64,000 nucleotides of DNA from a virus (lineage: Duplodnaviria; Caudoviricetes). Under the pieces are notes generated by a model. That model worked only from the letters and a program-made list of their open reading frames with translations. It was not told the DNA's origin and made no database searches. Below, in pieces: positions 28,374-38,141 of the stretch. Where the stretch lies: IMG/VR virus record IMGVR_UViG_3300025652_000060, positions 1,336-65,335 of that record, one strand, 5' to 3'. The position numbers and the translations under genes are program-made. Position 1 is the stretch's first letter. Every line of letters starts with the position of its first letter.

Positions 28374-28813
28374 AACTTAATCCCTTCACTGGAAAGTTTG
28401 ACCTAGTTTCTAAGGAAGTTGATAATTTTTCTTATAATTATATAGCTACCGGGATAACTGTTAAAGTCCCAACCTATCAACAGATGCTAGTTTATGAAAA
28501 CATAACGGTTGACGGGATCCTGGAAATTGATGGCGATCTAGTAATACTAGACTTTAACGTTCCTAGTAGAATAGCAACAACAGAAGAAACAGAAAATATA
28601 GACATAAATTTATACGAGGTTATCAGTCAAACGGCGTCGGGTATTACGACGGGCTTGAGTAACCCCGTTACAGGCTCTACAATAACAATAACGAATAGAA
28701 GCGGTGGCGATAATACCTTAAATATAACAGTACAAGGTACGGCTTCACCAATCATAAAAGATTTAGAAAGTTTCTCTCTAATATATAACGGAACCGATTA
28801 TGACATTACTTAG
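28364..28813 (+). CDS. Virion structural protein; the shared segment begins inside this gene
   Basis: LNPFTGKFD N-terminus; 3' part identical at protein level to 63496..63945. Confidence 0.7.
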   Translation: MGLKLNPFTGKFDLVSKEVDNFSYNYIATGITVKVPTYQQMLVYENITVDGILEIDGDLVILDFNVPSRIATTEETENIDINLYEVISQTASGITTGLSNPVTGSTITITNRSGGDNTLNITVQGTASPIIKDLESFSLIYNGTDYDIT

Positions 28814-28868
28814 AGATATGAAATCTATTGGCGAAACCTCTACAGGTAACACCACGACCACGCCTTTA
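28671..28868 (+). repeat. Near-identical direct repeat, copy 1
   Basis: Matches 63803..64000 with one mismatch (28741 G / 63873 A). Confidence 0.95.
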
Positions 28869-29957
28869 AGTAGCGGCGCTACATATACAGGCACAGGCGA
28901 GCAAAATGGTTTACCTCAAGTTGGGGTTATGCTCAAGACCGATAACGATGGGACTTTGTATTTTGATTTCTCTAACGATGGGACTAATTGGGATAGTACA
29001 TTCCCAGTTTCAGGATTTAGAGTAGCTAGTGGAGTATCAGAATTTCATACGGCAATAAAGCTAGGTAGATATTTTAGAGTTAGATTAGTAAACGATACGG
29101 GCGCTCAAACTTATTTAAGACTAACTACTTATTACGGAAATGACTTTGTTCCCTCTAGTGCCCCTCTTAATCAAACACTCGGAAGGGATAGTGATGCTCA
29201 ATCAAGCAGACCTTCAGATTTTACCGATGAAGTTTTAATTGGTAGACGTGGAGGGATAACTGCTTTTAATAAATTTGGTTATAGGTTAGATCTTGCAGCG
29301 GCAAGTGGTGAGCAAACTATATGGGCAACTACAGGGAACTTTGTTCCAATGACCACCGCCTCAACTTTTACAATTACATATACAAACACGGCAGATGGTT
29401 CAACTTCAAATGGTGCATTAACTTTATATTTTCAATATTTAGACAGTGATGGGCTTGCTCAAGTAGCGGTTCATACGCTTGGATCTACAGGAAGTGATGT
29501 TACAGCATTTAGCGGTTTAGGCATTAATAGGGTAGCTGTTTCAACTAGTGGAAGTACTCAGACGAATGGCGGCGATATACTTATCACAGAAACTACAGGC
29601 GGCACTACTCAGGCGGCTATATCTTCCGGCGAAGGGGTAACTCAACAAGCTATCTTCCATACAGACGCTAATAGTGATGGGGTAGCAAAATATCTTTGGT
29701 TTAATGTTAATAAGATTTCAGGCGGTGGATCTCCTAGAGTAACAATCAAGGGCTATGTATTTAATAGAGAGTTTGAAACACGCTATGAAGTATTCAGAGC
29801 AACAATTGATACAGGTGTGGAGAATACAATGGAAATCGTGCCGCCAATATCTTTCAAGTTATCACCTACAGATATTTTATATTTCGTTGGAGATACTGAC
29901 ACCAACAATACTATTATCTCCATGAGATTTAGTTTATTTGAGTATAAAAGGACATAG
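28800..29957 (+). CDS. Virion structural/decoration protein
   Basis: 385 aa, Thr/Gly beta-rich; RYFRVR and FNKFG motifs. Confidence 0.55.
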   Translation: MTLLRDMKSIGETSTGNTTTTPLSSGATYTGTGEQNGLPQVGVMLKTDNDGTLYFDFSNDGTNWDSTFPVSGFRVASGVSEFHTAIKLGRYFRVRLVNDTGAQTYLRLTTYYGNDFVPSSAPLNQTLGRDSDAQSSRPSDFTDEVLIGRRGGITAFNKFGYRLDLAAASGEQTIWATTGNFVPMTTASTFTITYTNTADGSTSNGALTLYFQYLDSDGLAQVAVHTLGSTGSDVTAFSGLGINRVAVSTSGSTQTNGGDILITETTGGTTQAAISSGEGVTQQAIFHTDANSDGVAKYLWFNVNKISGGGSPRVTIKGYVFNREFETRYEVFRATIDTGVENTMEIVPPISFKLSPTDILYFVGDTDTNNTIISMRFSLFEYKRT

Positions 29958-29960
29958 TTT

Positions 29961-31772
29961 ATGACAAAACTAATTATAAAAAATGATACAACACCGAGTA
30001 CCCCAGAGAGTGGGAAAACTGCGCTCTATATTGATTCAACAACTAAAAAACTTGTTTCTAAAAACGATGCAGGGGTTGAAACTCTTTACGATGAGGCGGG
30101 GGTTGCATCATCAACTAACGCTTTAAATTCAGCAACAACAACGGTTAATGTATCGAGCGCAACGGCTCCCACAGTAGGGCAAACACTTACTGCAACGTCA
30201 GATAGTGCAGCTACATGGCAAGATGCAGCCGCAGGAATAAATTTACCAGTCTCATCTACAGATAATGCCATCGTTAGATTTGATGGAACTTCCGGTGATG
30301 CAATTCAAGATTACACTTCAAGCCCACCAACAATATCAGATGCAGGGATAATAAGTGCGCCCAATGCCTCATGGGCACAGTCAGAAAGATTCGGTGCAAA
30401 CACATCGGTTACTGGTGCTCAAGCTTCCACCTTTGGTTATAATTCAGCAGGGGCAAATAGAGGCACAGGGATAGGCTGCGTAGCGGAGGCATTCGGTGAC
30501 CAGAGTACAGCAATCGGTTATAATGCCGAATGTACTGTGGCGGCAGCAGTAGGGGTTGCAATAGGTGGAACTTCAACGGCAAGCGCCCAGTTCGCAACAG
30601 CAATCGGTTACGCCACGACAGCCGATGGCGACTATTCATTAGCTCTAGGCGCTGAGTGTGATAATGGCGGCTTTGCTAATAGTATTTGTATGGGTAGGCA
30701 ATCAACAGCATTAAGAGCAAGTTCTTTTACCCTTGGTTCAGTCAATGGTTATGTTAATTATGTAACTATAGGAAGTGGTGAAGAACAGCATACAGGAACA
30801 ATTAAAGATTTATTAATAACAACTTCAAACCAAATAACAAGAACAGACCAAGTTAGTGCAGATATAAGCATTCTTGGTGGCGCAGGCACAGGCACAGGAC
30901 TAGGTGGCTCGGTAATCCTTAAAGCTTATGAGATTGGAACCACTGGTTCAGTAACTCAAACAACAGCCTCTAGTTTATTAGAGGTTAATGCTGAACAAGA
31001 AGTTATTTTAAATGCAGAAGATAATGCTACCGCAGATGCTAATCTTTGGAATAACTCATTATCTTTTTACTTAGATGAAACAGCAGGTCTACCAGTTGTA
31101 AAAACCAAGAACAGTATAGCCACGATAGAAACTTTTGAAATAGCCGGAACTAAAGACGTTACCTTTACTTCAAGCGCATTAGGTACAATCCCTTTGACAG
31201 CTAAGGGTGTAGCTTCTCAAACTGCAAATCTTTTTAGTGTTCAAGATAGCGCATCAAAAGAATATTTACAGATTATGGCAGACGGTCAGGCAAGGCTTGA
31301 CGGTGGAACTAATTACGTTGGTACCTCTACCTTAACTTTAGGTGGTGATACATTAGCACTAGCGCTAGATAGTACAGGGAAAAACGGACTTGCTACGAAC
31401 GGAAATGGAAACAATTTAGCAATATTTAATAATGATTTAAGAATGCTGTATTTCACAACAAGTGGAATTACTCTTGATTACCCTGTTAGTGCTTCTAATG
31501 GAACTGTCTCAGCTCCGACTTATAGATTCGGTGGAATGGCAGATGGTGGACTTTGGCGAGATTCAGCAAATGATAGTTTAAATATGGCAATCAATGGCGT
31601 TAACAAAATGGAGTGGGATGATAACTATGTAAGCACACCAGTTCCTTTCGCAGCGGGTAGTTATGCAACAGGCTCCCTTCCTGCAGCCGCAAGTTTTGAA
31701 GGGCATATCGTTTATGATTCAACAACTCAAACAATGAAATGGTCAAACGGTACGGCTTGGGCAACAATTTAA
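29961..31772 (+). CDS. Fibre protein with YadA-head-like repeats
   Basis: STAIG/VAIG/TAIG/LALG repeats; C-terminal WSNGTAW. Confidence 0.65.
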   Translation: MTKLIIKNDTTPSTPESGKTALYIDSTTKKLVSKNDAGVETLYDEAGVASSTNALNSATTTVNVSSATAPTVGQTLTATSDSAATWQDAAAGINLPVSSTDNAIVRFDGTSGDAIQDYTSSPPTISDAGIISAPNASWAQSERFGANTSVTGAQASTFGYNSAGANRGTGIGCVAEAFGDQSTAIGYNAECTVAAAVGVAIGGTSTASAQFATAIGYATTADGDYSLALGAECDNGGFANSICMGRQSTALRASSFTLGSVNGYVNYVTIGSGEEQHTGTIKDLLITTSNQITRTDQVSADISILGGAGTGTGLGGSVILKAYEIGTTGSVTQTTASSLLEVNAEQEVILNAEDNATADANLWNNSLSFYLDETAGLPVVKTKNSIATIETFEIAGTKDVTFTSSALGTIPLTAKGVASQTANLFSVQDSASKEYLQIMADGQARLDGGTNYVGTSTLTLGGDTLALALDSTGKNGLATNGNGNNLAIFNNDLRMLYFTTSGITLDYPVSASNGTVSAPTYRFGGMADGGLWRDSANDSLNMAINGVNKMEWDDNYVSTPVPFAAGSYATGSLPAAASFEGHIVYDSTTQTMKWSNGTAWATI

Positions 31773-31785
31773 TAAAGGATAAGTG

Positions 31786-31938
31786 ATGGACGAGAAAACA
31801 AAAAACGCATTGGAAATGATTAAGCAATTATGCGCAGCCTTTATAGGGAACCTTGAGCAACACGAAAACATTCAAGGCGCTATTAATTTAATAGAAAAAG
31901 AATTAAGCGGGAGCGATAATGTTAAAGATAAAAAATAA
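31786..31938 (+). CDS. 50-aa protein, possible fibre chaperone (not in ORF track)
   Basis: AAGGA SD; MDEKTKNALEMIKQLC... Confidence 0.55.
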   Translation: MDEKTKNALEMIKQLCAAFIGNLEQHENIQGAINLIEKELSGSDNVKDKK

Positions 31939-32749
31939 ATTAACAGTTTTCCATGATGATAACTCAAGCTTTTCAGATTACTCTAGAGAGGCATTGGATT
32001 TTGACCGTGATACTTTTACGCTCACTCTTGATTCTACTACTGCTTATCTCTACGTGGGCTTTTATAAACCATTGAACGCTTTTTATTGCGAGCTAGGAAC
32101 CGCCAATACGAATGCGGGGGTTCTTGTTGGGGAATATTACAACGGAAGCTCATGGGTTTCTATTACTAATATGTATGATGAATCTAGCTCGCTAACTAGA
32201 TCTGGCTTCATTCAATGGGACAGAGGTTTAGATAATGAGGCTGAGGTTGAGATTAATTCCGAAACTATGTATTTCTATAGATTTCGCCCATCCGTAACTC
32301 ATTCGGCTACCGTGATTAATGGGCTTAATATTGTTTTCTCCGATGATACGGATCTTAAAAGAGTATTTTTTGAGGCTTCTAATTTTCTTCCTAGTGGAGA
32401 GACTTCGCATATCCTTACTCACGTTGCAGCGAGAGATCATATTATTCAGGTTCTAAGAAATAGCGGAGCCTTTAAGCAATCTACTTCCGAGCGCAAAGAT
32501 ATTACGGCTCTAGATCTGCATGATATGGGACAAGTTCGCCTTGCCTCTACTTACCTTACCTTATCAATGATTTTCGGTTCAGTTATGGACGATCCAGACG
32601 GATTATATAAAATGAAATCAGATGATTATAAAACAGACTTTTCATTAGCTATCAAAGCGCCTTTTATAGATCTAGATCGTGATGATGATGGCAAGAATGA
32701 TGCTTCTGAGAAAGTTCAGGAAAGAACTTTAAGGATCCATAGACAATGA
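31919..32749 (+). CDS. Putative head-tail adaptor with an N-terminal beta domain
   Basis: Position; helical C-terminal half ending in DLDRDDDGK. Confidence 0.5.
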   Translation: MLKIKNKLTVFHDDNSSFSDYSREALDFDRDTFTLTLDSTTAYLYVGFYKPLNAFYCELGTANTNAGVLVGEYYNGSSWVSITNMYDESSSLTRSGFIQWDRGLDNEAEVEINSETMYFYRFRPSVTHSATVINGLNIVFSDDTDLKRVFFEASNFLPSGETSHILTHVAARDHIIQVLRNSGAFKQSTSERKDITALDLHDMGQVRLASTYLTLSMIFGSVMDDPDGLYKMKSDDYKTDFSLAIKAPFIDLDRDDDGKNDASEKVQERTLRIHRQ

Positions 32750-33921
32750 GTTCAAATCAAACATTAATACTAGAGGCAATGGAATTAAGAATGGTGGCGC
32801 TAAATTTAGGGCGCACTAAACTTGATTACACTTATGATTTAGAAAAAAATAGCAAGCGTGGAGAAACTAACTCTTATGGGCTTGGTGTTGGTTCTGGTGG
32901 TGAAGCACTTGGAACCAATAAGTCTTTAACATTAGATCAAGAGTTTTTTGTGGTGCTTACTCAAAATTATGTGCCACGCTCGGATGATGATGCCGAGAAG
33001 TTAGCACTTGTTGCTCTCTATGATGATTTAGAATTTATCACTAGGGATTTTGCTAACACTAAAATAGGCGCTCCAGAGATTGTTCTTGTTGTTTCCCAAA
33101 CAGATATAGAGGCTCCCGAGAAAATAGCAGACTCAACCTTAGCTTTAAGGGCTAATTTTAATATAAAACATAGAGCGACGATTAGTGGAACAGCAACATT
33201 GCCAGACCCGCCTGCAGTTGGTGAAACATGGAGCGTTTTAAAAGCTTATGATTTCACAGATGCTAATAATACTTTTATGACAGCACCTATTAGGGGCGTA
33301 GCAGGCGCAACAACTTTCTCGGTGGCTTGTATAATAAACATCGACATGACTCAAAATCTTTCCACTAGAAATATTTGGTATTTCTACGGAAAAGAACTTG
33401 ATGCCGCAAACGGTAAATTTAGCGGGACGTGGAATAATTCGGCTTTTAGTTTCGGGGTAGGTTCTGCAACAACAACGTTTAGACCAACGAGAGCAGATAA
33501 GAATTACCATTTAGTTTTTGTATATGATGGCACCGAAGCAGGGACAGATAGAGCTAAACTTTATGTTGATGGCGTTCATCTTTTAGATGCCAGTTCTGGG
33601 ACAATCCCCGCAGTAATTCCCTCAACTATTATGGATAATAATTGTCATATAGGGACGAGAGAGGGTGATTTAGTTGGTGCAAGTATGTGGGATGATAAAA
33701 TTATTGAACTTAGTACGTTCTCAAATGCCTTAACTCAGGCTCAAGTAACTAATTTATATAACAGCGGTTCATACTCAGACCCGACAGCCATAGGGACTTG
33801 CACACACTCTTATTGGTTCGGAGATAACACTTTAGACACATCGGAATTAATTATTGATAATGTAGGCAGCGCAAACATGGGTTGCTCAAACTTTGAAACA
33901 ATAGATATTGTAACTTTATAA
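32746..33921 (+). CDS. Tail completion/terminator-like protein with C-terminal LamG/ConA-like domain
   Basis: Full-length homolog of 3..878. Confidence 0.7.
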   Translation: MSSNQTLILEAMELRMVALNLGRTKLDYTYDLEKNSKRGETNSYGLGVGSGGEALGTNKSLTLDQEFFVVLTQNYVPRSDDDAEKLALVALYDDLEFITRDFANTKIGAPEIVLVVSQTDIEAPEKIADSTLALRANFNIKHRATISGTATLPDPPAVGETWSVLKAYDFTDANNTFMTAPIRGVAGATTFSVACIINIDMTQNLSTRNIWYFYGKELDAANGKFSGTWNNSAFSFGVGSATTTFRPTRADKNYHLVFVYDGTEAGTDRAKLYVDGVHLLDASSGTIPAVIPSTIMDNNCHIGTREGDLVGASMWDDKIIELSTFSNALTQAQVTNLYNSGSYSDPTAIGTCTHSYWFGDNTLDTSELIIDNVGSANMGCSNFETIDIVTL

Positions 33922-33934
33922 CAAGGGAAAAATT

Positions 33935-35098
33935 ATGACTATAGGTGTAGTAACAAACGAATCTAGTATCGCTTTAACTGTTGAAGTAACAGAGGCAACG
34001 GTAACGACGCCTGCTAGTGGTGCAGATTATATTGAGGTTTTAGCGGATTCGTTAAGCCTATCAAAAACTAGAGAGGAACTTTCTAGGGACACAATGAGTG
34101 GAACTACAGAGCAAGAAGCTTCAAGAGTTGGCATTCCAGAAGTTTCTGGGAATATGGGCGTTGAATTTCGTGCAAGTGCAACGGAAGGTGCTTACCCTCA
34201 AGCCTTAGAGGTTCTTTGTGAATCTTTACTAGGTGGAAAAAGAACTGCAGCGACAAAAGATACAACCACAGGAAATACTTCAACTGTGCTTACGTTCACC
34301 TCTCATTCTTACCTTGTTGGTGATATTGTTATGGTTCAGGAAGCGGGAGCTTTTGAATGTAGACCGATTTCTGCAGTTGATTCAACTACTATTACCTTTC
34401 CATTCGCTCTAAGTAATGGAGCGCCTAGTGATGGCGTTACAGTTTCAGCGGTTTCAACTTTCTACTCTGATACAGCTAATTCAACAACTTTCTCAGCCGA
34501 GCATAATGTCGGTGGCGAAATTAAACAAACTTGTGGCGGTTTAAGAACTCAATCAATGAGTTTAGAAAACTGGTCTGCAGGAACAATACCTAGTGCAACT
34601 TTTAATGTTGCAGGAATCTCTCTAGAAAGAACGGACGCAGCCGCTAGTTATGCTCCAGACTTTTCAGCCGATGCACTTCCACCAGTAGCTCTAGAGGCTT
34701 GTCTTTGGGTAAATGGAACTTCTGTATCTTACACGGAGCTTGGTTTAAATATCGAGAATGAAGTTTCTTTTATGAAAGACGCTTGTCAGGCAAATGGAAA
34801 ACTAGGATCTAGAATCACAAGTCAATCAACATCATTTACGGCTTCTGTTTATTCAGATGATACAACTCTCACAACATGGGATAATTTTAATGCTAATGAT
34901 GACGTTTCTGTTTTCTTTTATGCTTTTAACCCTAGCGCAACTGCAGGCGAATTTTCTCAAGCCGTTGCAGGGTGGATTCCTCAAGGAAAACTAATTGAGC
35001 ATCCGTTTGCCGATGTAGATGGTATCGTTTCTGACGCTCTCTCTATTAAAGCGCACCGTGATAATGGCTCAGATTCTATATTTTTAGGATTTAATTAG
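33935..35098 (+). CDS. Major tail tube protein
   Basis: 387-aa homolog of 892..2055. Confidence 0.8.
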   Translation: MTIGVVTNESSIALTVEVTEATVTTPASGADYIEVLADSLSLSKTREELSRDTMSGTTEQEASRVGIPEVSGNMGVEFRASATEGAYPQALEVLCESLLGGKRTAATKDTTTGNTSTVLTFTSHSYLVGDIVMVQEAGAFECRPISAVDSTTITFPFALSNGAPSDGVTVSAVSTFYSDTANSTTFSAEHNVGGEIKQTCGGLRTQSMSLENWSAGTIPSATFNVAGISLERTDAAASYAPDFSADALPPVALEACLWVNGTSVSYTELGLNIENEVSFMKDACQANGKLGSRITSQSTSFTASVYSDDTTLTTWDNFNANDDVSVFFYAFNPSATAGEFSQAVAGWIPQGKLIEHPFADVDGIVSDALSIKAHRDNGSDSIFLGFN

Positions 35099-35108
35099 GC
35101 TCAAAGCT

Positions 35109-35160
35109 TTACCCCTTGAGGTGTTGATGATTTAATACCAAAAACACCTTAGGGAGGTAA
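35109..35160 (+). promoter_or_regulatory. SD-sequestering hairpin before the tail chaperone gene
   Basis: ttaccccttgaggtgtt...aacaccttagggaggtaa; loop ATGATTTAAT. Confidence 0.6.
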
Positions 35161-35162
35161 TT

Positions 35163-35585
35163 TTGTCTAAGATTATGCGCCAAACTGATAGAATTAGAAT
35201 ATCAGTCGGTAAAACTGTATTTATTGTTAGCCCATTAACACAGATCCAAAAAATTGAAATTTCTGAATGCACTAAGATAGATCTAAATGGTGAAATGGTT
35301 TATGATCTGACTAGAGCGCAGACGCTTCTTATCAAGTATGGCTTGAAAGGAATTGAGGGAGTTACCGATGGTGACGATGAACCTTATTCTTTAACTTTTG
35401 AGAATGGAGTTCTTTCAGATGAATGCCTTTCGGAAGTTTTTACCCTAGAAGAAAGAAATCTATATATTCAAGCTGCGTGGCAATGCCTAAACAGCATACC
35501 AGACAAGCTCACCGACCCTGTAAACGGCAAAAAACTGAAAGGGGTTGCTCTAGAGCGAGTGGGAAAGAAGAAAGCGGTAGAATAG
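35163..35585 (+). CDS. Tail assembly chaperone (gpG-like)
   Basis: TTG start with GGAGG SD; homolog of 2122. Confidence 0.75.
   Translation: MSKIMRQTDRIRISVGKTVFIVSPLTQIQKIEISECTKIDLNGEMVYDLTRAQTLLIKYGLKGIEGVTDGDDEPYSLTFENGVLSDECLSEVFTLEERNLYIQAAWQCLNSIPDKLTDPVNGKKLKGVALERVGKKKAVE
35561..35567 (+). other. -1 ribosomal frameshift slippery site G GGA AAG
   Basis: In-frame heptamer identical to the lambda G/GT site; -1 frame open to 36082. Confidence 0.85.
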
Positions 35586-36082
35586 AAGGTGGGACTCCAA
35601 ATTACCTAATGGAGTTTTTAGCTGAGGCAATTAGAACATCAAGCTCATTATCTACTGCGGATTATATTTCTATAATTTCTACTTATACGGCAATGACTGA
35701 CCTCACTTTCAATTGCCATACTTGCAAAAAGAAATACCCTAGAGATCCAGACAGGCAAAAAAAGCACCAAACCAGATCTGGTTGCTTTAATGAATTCCCA
35801 GATCCTATACTCAAGTATTCGGGCGCAAATAAAACCCCGATGTTTGGGACGCCTAATATCAACTACTTTAAATGTCCTGCGCAGCTTTATTCTCATTATT
35901 GGTCATCAATTATTAATCTTGAAAAAGATTTCTCAGAGGGTAGAATGCCTTATGAGGGGTCTTATCTGGATCAACCTTCCTTAATTGTAGAAGCATTCAA
36001 TTTGATTCATAATCTAAAAGAAGAAACTAATATTAAACAGCAACAAGTTCTGGATAAATATGGCAAACGAAGTAAGCGTTGA
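35567..36082 (+). CDS. gpT-like frameshift extension, Cys-rich
   Basis: -1 frame; CHTC...C...CP; homolog of 2637..3029. Confidence 0.7.
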   Translation, partial: EESGRIEGGTPNYLMEFLAEAIRTSSSLSTADYISIISTYTAMTDLTFNCHTCKKKYPRDPDRQKKHQTRSGCFNEFPDPILKYSGANKTPMFGTPNINYFKCPAQLYSHYWSSIINLEKDFSEGRMPYEGSYLDQPSLIVEAFNLIHNLKEETNIKQQQVLDKYGKRSKR

Positions 36083-38141
36083 AATCACCATCGAAGAAAA
36101 GCAGGCTCTCAGAGCTTTAACTAAGTTAACGAAAGGTATTGATACCACGACTAAGAGCGCCACGAAGTCTGTTGGCAAAATGGATAATGCTTTTAGTTCT
36201 TTCGCAGGCAATCTTGCTGCCAATGCTGTTGGAACTGGAATCAAATTCCTAGCGGGGTCTATAAAAGATTTCGGGCTTTCAACTATTACTGCGGCTGCGC
36301 AAACTGAAAAGCTTAAAACTCAACTAGATATTTTAACAGGATCCACTAGAGTTTCCGCTGCGCTTTATGCAGATCTTGTCGACTTCTCGGCAACTACTCC
36401 ATTTCAGTTAAATAATATTGCTGAGGCGGGCGCACAGTTAATCTCATTCGGTTTTGAAGCTGACACAGTCAAGGAAAGATTAAGATCTATAGGCGATGTT
36501 GCTGCAGGATCTAATTCAGATCTAAAAGAAGTTTCGTTGATTTATGGTCAAGTAGCGGCTGCGGGTAAATTAACAGGTGAGAGATTACTCCAGTTCCAAG
36601 AAAGAGCCATTCCTATCGGTCCTGCAATTGCCAAAACAATGGGCGTTGCTGAATCATCCGTTAAGAAAATGGTTAGCGATGGGAAAGTTCAGTTCGCTGA
36701 TTTTGAGAGAGCTTTTAATTCTATGTCAGAAACAGGCGGTCTTTTTCAGGGCGCTATTGATAAGCAATCCAAAACTATTAATGGTTCGCTTTCTACTCTA
36801 GGCGACAATTTCGATATTCTAAAGTCTGCCATTGGTGACGCTTTCGCTCCCGCTGTTATTGGTGGAGCCAAGGCATTAACTGAGATCTTTCAAGCAATGC
36901 TACCCCTTACTAAAACTATTGCGACAAATTTCGCTGCGATGGGTGCGATGTTTTTCGCTGACGATGAGGCTGAAAAAGCTAAGGCGAATTTAAAGGGTCT
37001 TAGAAATACAATGGAGGATGTTCTATCCACCACCAAGTCAGTGAATAGCGTTCTCGGTGAGGATAGTTGGCTAGGTAGAATAAATAGATCTAGAGCCGAT
37101 GCCAGAGTAGCCAATATAAAAGCAGAAATAGATAAGCTTACCGCTTCATTAGTAAAACTAGGTGAGACAGATGAGGGAGCCGTTGCTGCCATCGCCTCAG
37201 ATGAGTTTAGAAAATTCACTCCCACAGAAAAGAAAAAGGAAGAATCTGCACCAGATCCTACAGAGCAAGCGAAAGCAGACGCAAGGGTATTAAAAGAGAA
37301 AGCCATTCTAGCGGAGATTACAGCAATTAGAGCTGAGGGCGATCTACTGGAATCAGAAAGACAATTGATGCTTAAAGAAGCTGCAGGATTACTGACTGAG
37401 GAAGATTTTGTAAAACTGCATGATATTGAGGCAGAAAAATTAAATATAAGAGCGCAAGCCGAGCAAGATAAAATTGATCTAATTAAAAATGGTAATGAGA
37501 GGCGATTAGCTGAGGAAAAATTAGTTGCAAAAACTTCTGCAGATTTTCAAAAGCTAGAAACTAAAAGGCAAATTGATGAGCTTAAAAGAAGACAAGCTCT
37601 AGAGAAATCTATAGCAGCCGCTAAATTACAAACCGCTGCAAATGTATTGCAAGCAGGGTTAACATTAGCAAAAGAAGGGTCAGTTGCTCAGAAAGCAATT
37701 CTTTCAGCACAAGCCGTAATGAATACATGGGTAGGCGCAACGGCTGCACTAGCACCGCCACCATTAGGACTTGGTCCTGTTTTTGGTATTCCATTGGCAG
37801 CCTCAGTTGTTGCAATGGGCTTAGCGAATGTTGCTAAAATTAATGGGGTTGGATTTGCAAACGGTGGAGTAGTTGGCGGCTTTGTTGGCGCAACACCTGG
37901 TCAGGATAATACTTCCTCTAATGGGATTGGTTTAAGAACTGGGGAAATGGTTTTAACTGCCACGGATCAAAAAACTTTATTCGATGATATTAGAAGTAGA
38001 AAAGGTGGCAATGATGTTAATGGAGTGAATACTGCGCTCATGGAAATCATTTCTCAACCTGTAATTATTCAAATAGATAACAAAGAAATTGCGAGAGCTA
38101 CTAGAGATGCCCAACGTGATGGGTTTAGGATTTCAGCATGA
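36060..38141 (+). CDS. Tape measure protein
   Basis: TPFQL...YGQV..AGKL tape-measure motif; FANGGVVGG C-terminus. Confidence 0.9.
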   Translation: MANEVSVEITIEEKQALRALTKLTKGIDTTTKSATKSVGKMDNAFSSFAGNLAANAVGTGIKFLAGSIKDFGLSTITAAAQTEKLKTQLDILTGSTRVSAALYADLVDFSATTPFQLNNIAEAGAQLISFGFEADTVKERLRSIGDVAAGSNSDLKEVSLIYGQVAAAGKLTGERLLQFQERAIPIGPAIAKTMGVAESSVKKMVSDGKVQFADFERAFNSMSETGGLFQGAIDKQSKTINGSLSTLGDNFDILKSAIGDAFAPAVIGGAKALTEIFQAMLPLTKTIATNFAAMGAMFFADDEAEKAKANLKGLRNTMEDVLSTTKSVNSVLGEDSWLGRINRSRADARVANIKAEIDKLTASLVKLGETDEGAVAAIASDEFRKFTPTEKKKEESAPDPTEQAKADARVLKEKAILAEITAIRAEGDLLESERQLMLKEAAGLLTEEDFVKLHDIEAEKLNIRAQAEQDKIDLIKNGNERRLAEEKLVAKTSADFQKLETKRQIDELKRRQALEKSIAAAKLQTAANVLQAGLTLAKEGSVAQKAILSAQAVMNTWVGATAALAPPPLGLGPVFGIPLAASVVAMGLANVAKINGVGFANGGVVGGFVGATPGQDNTSSNGIGLRTGEMVLTATDQKTLFDDIRSRKGGNDVNGVNTALMEIISQPVIIQIDNKEIARATRDAQRDGFRISA

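Larger units (their letters stand above)
1..28670 (+). mobile_element. Phage genome A (partial; siphovirus-like, apparently non-integrating)
   Basis: Tail, lysis, recombination, replication, packaging and head modules in order; collinear with 33,043-63,802; no integrase seen. Confidence 0.9.

Noticed and set aside
35423-35560. Annotated N-terminus of ORF 35423..36082
   Set aside because: Overlaps gpG out of frame; better explained as the -1 frameshift extension from 35561.
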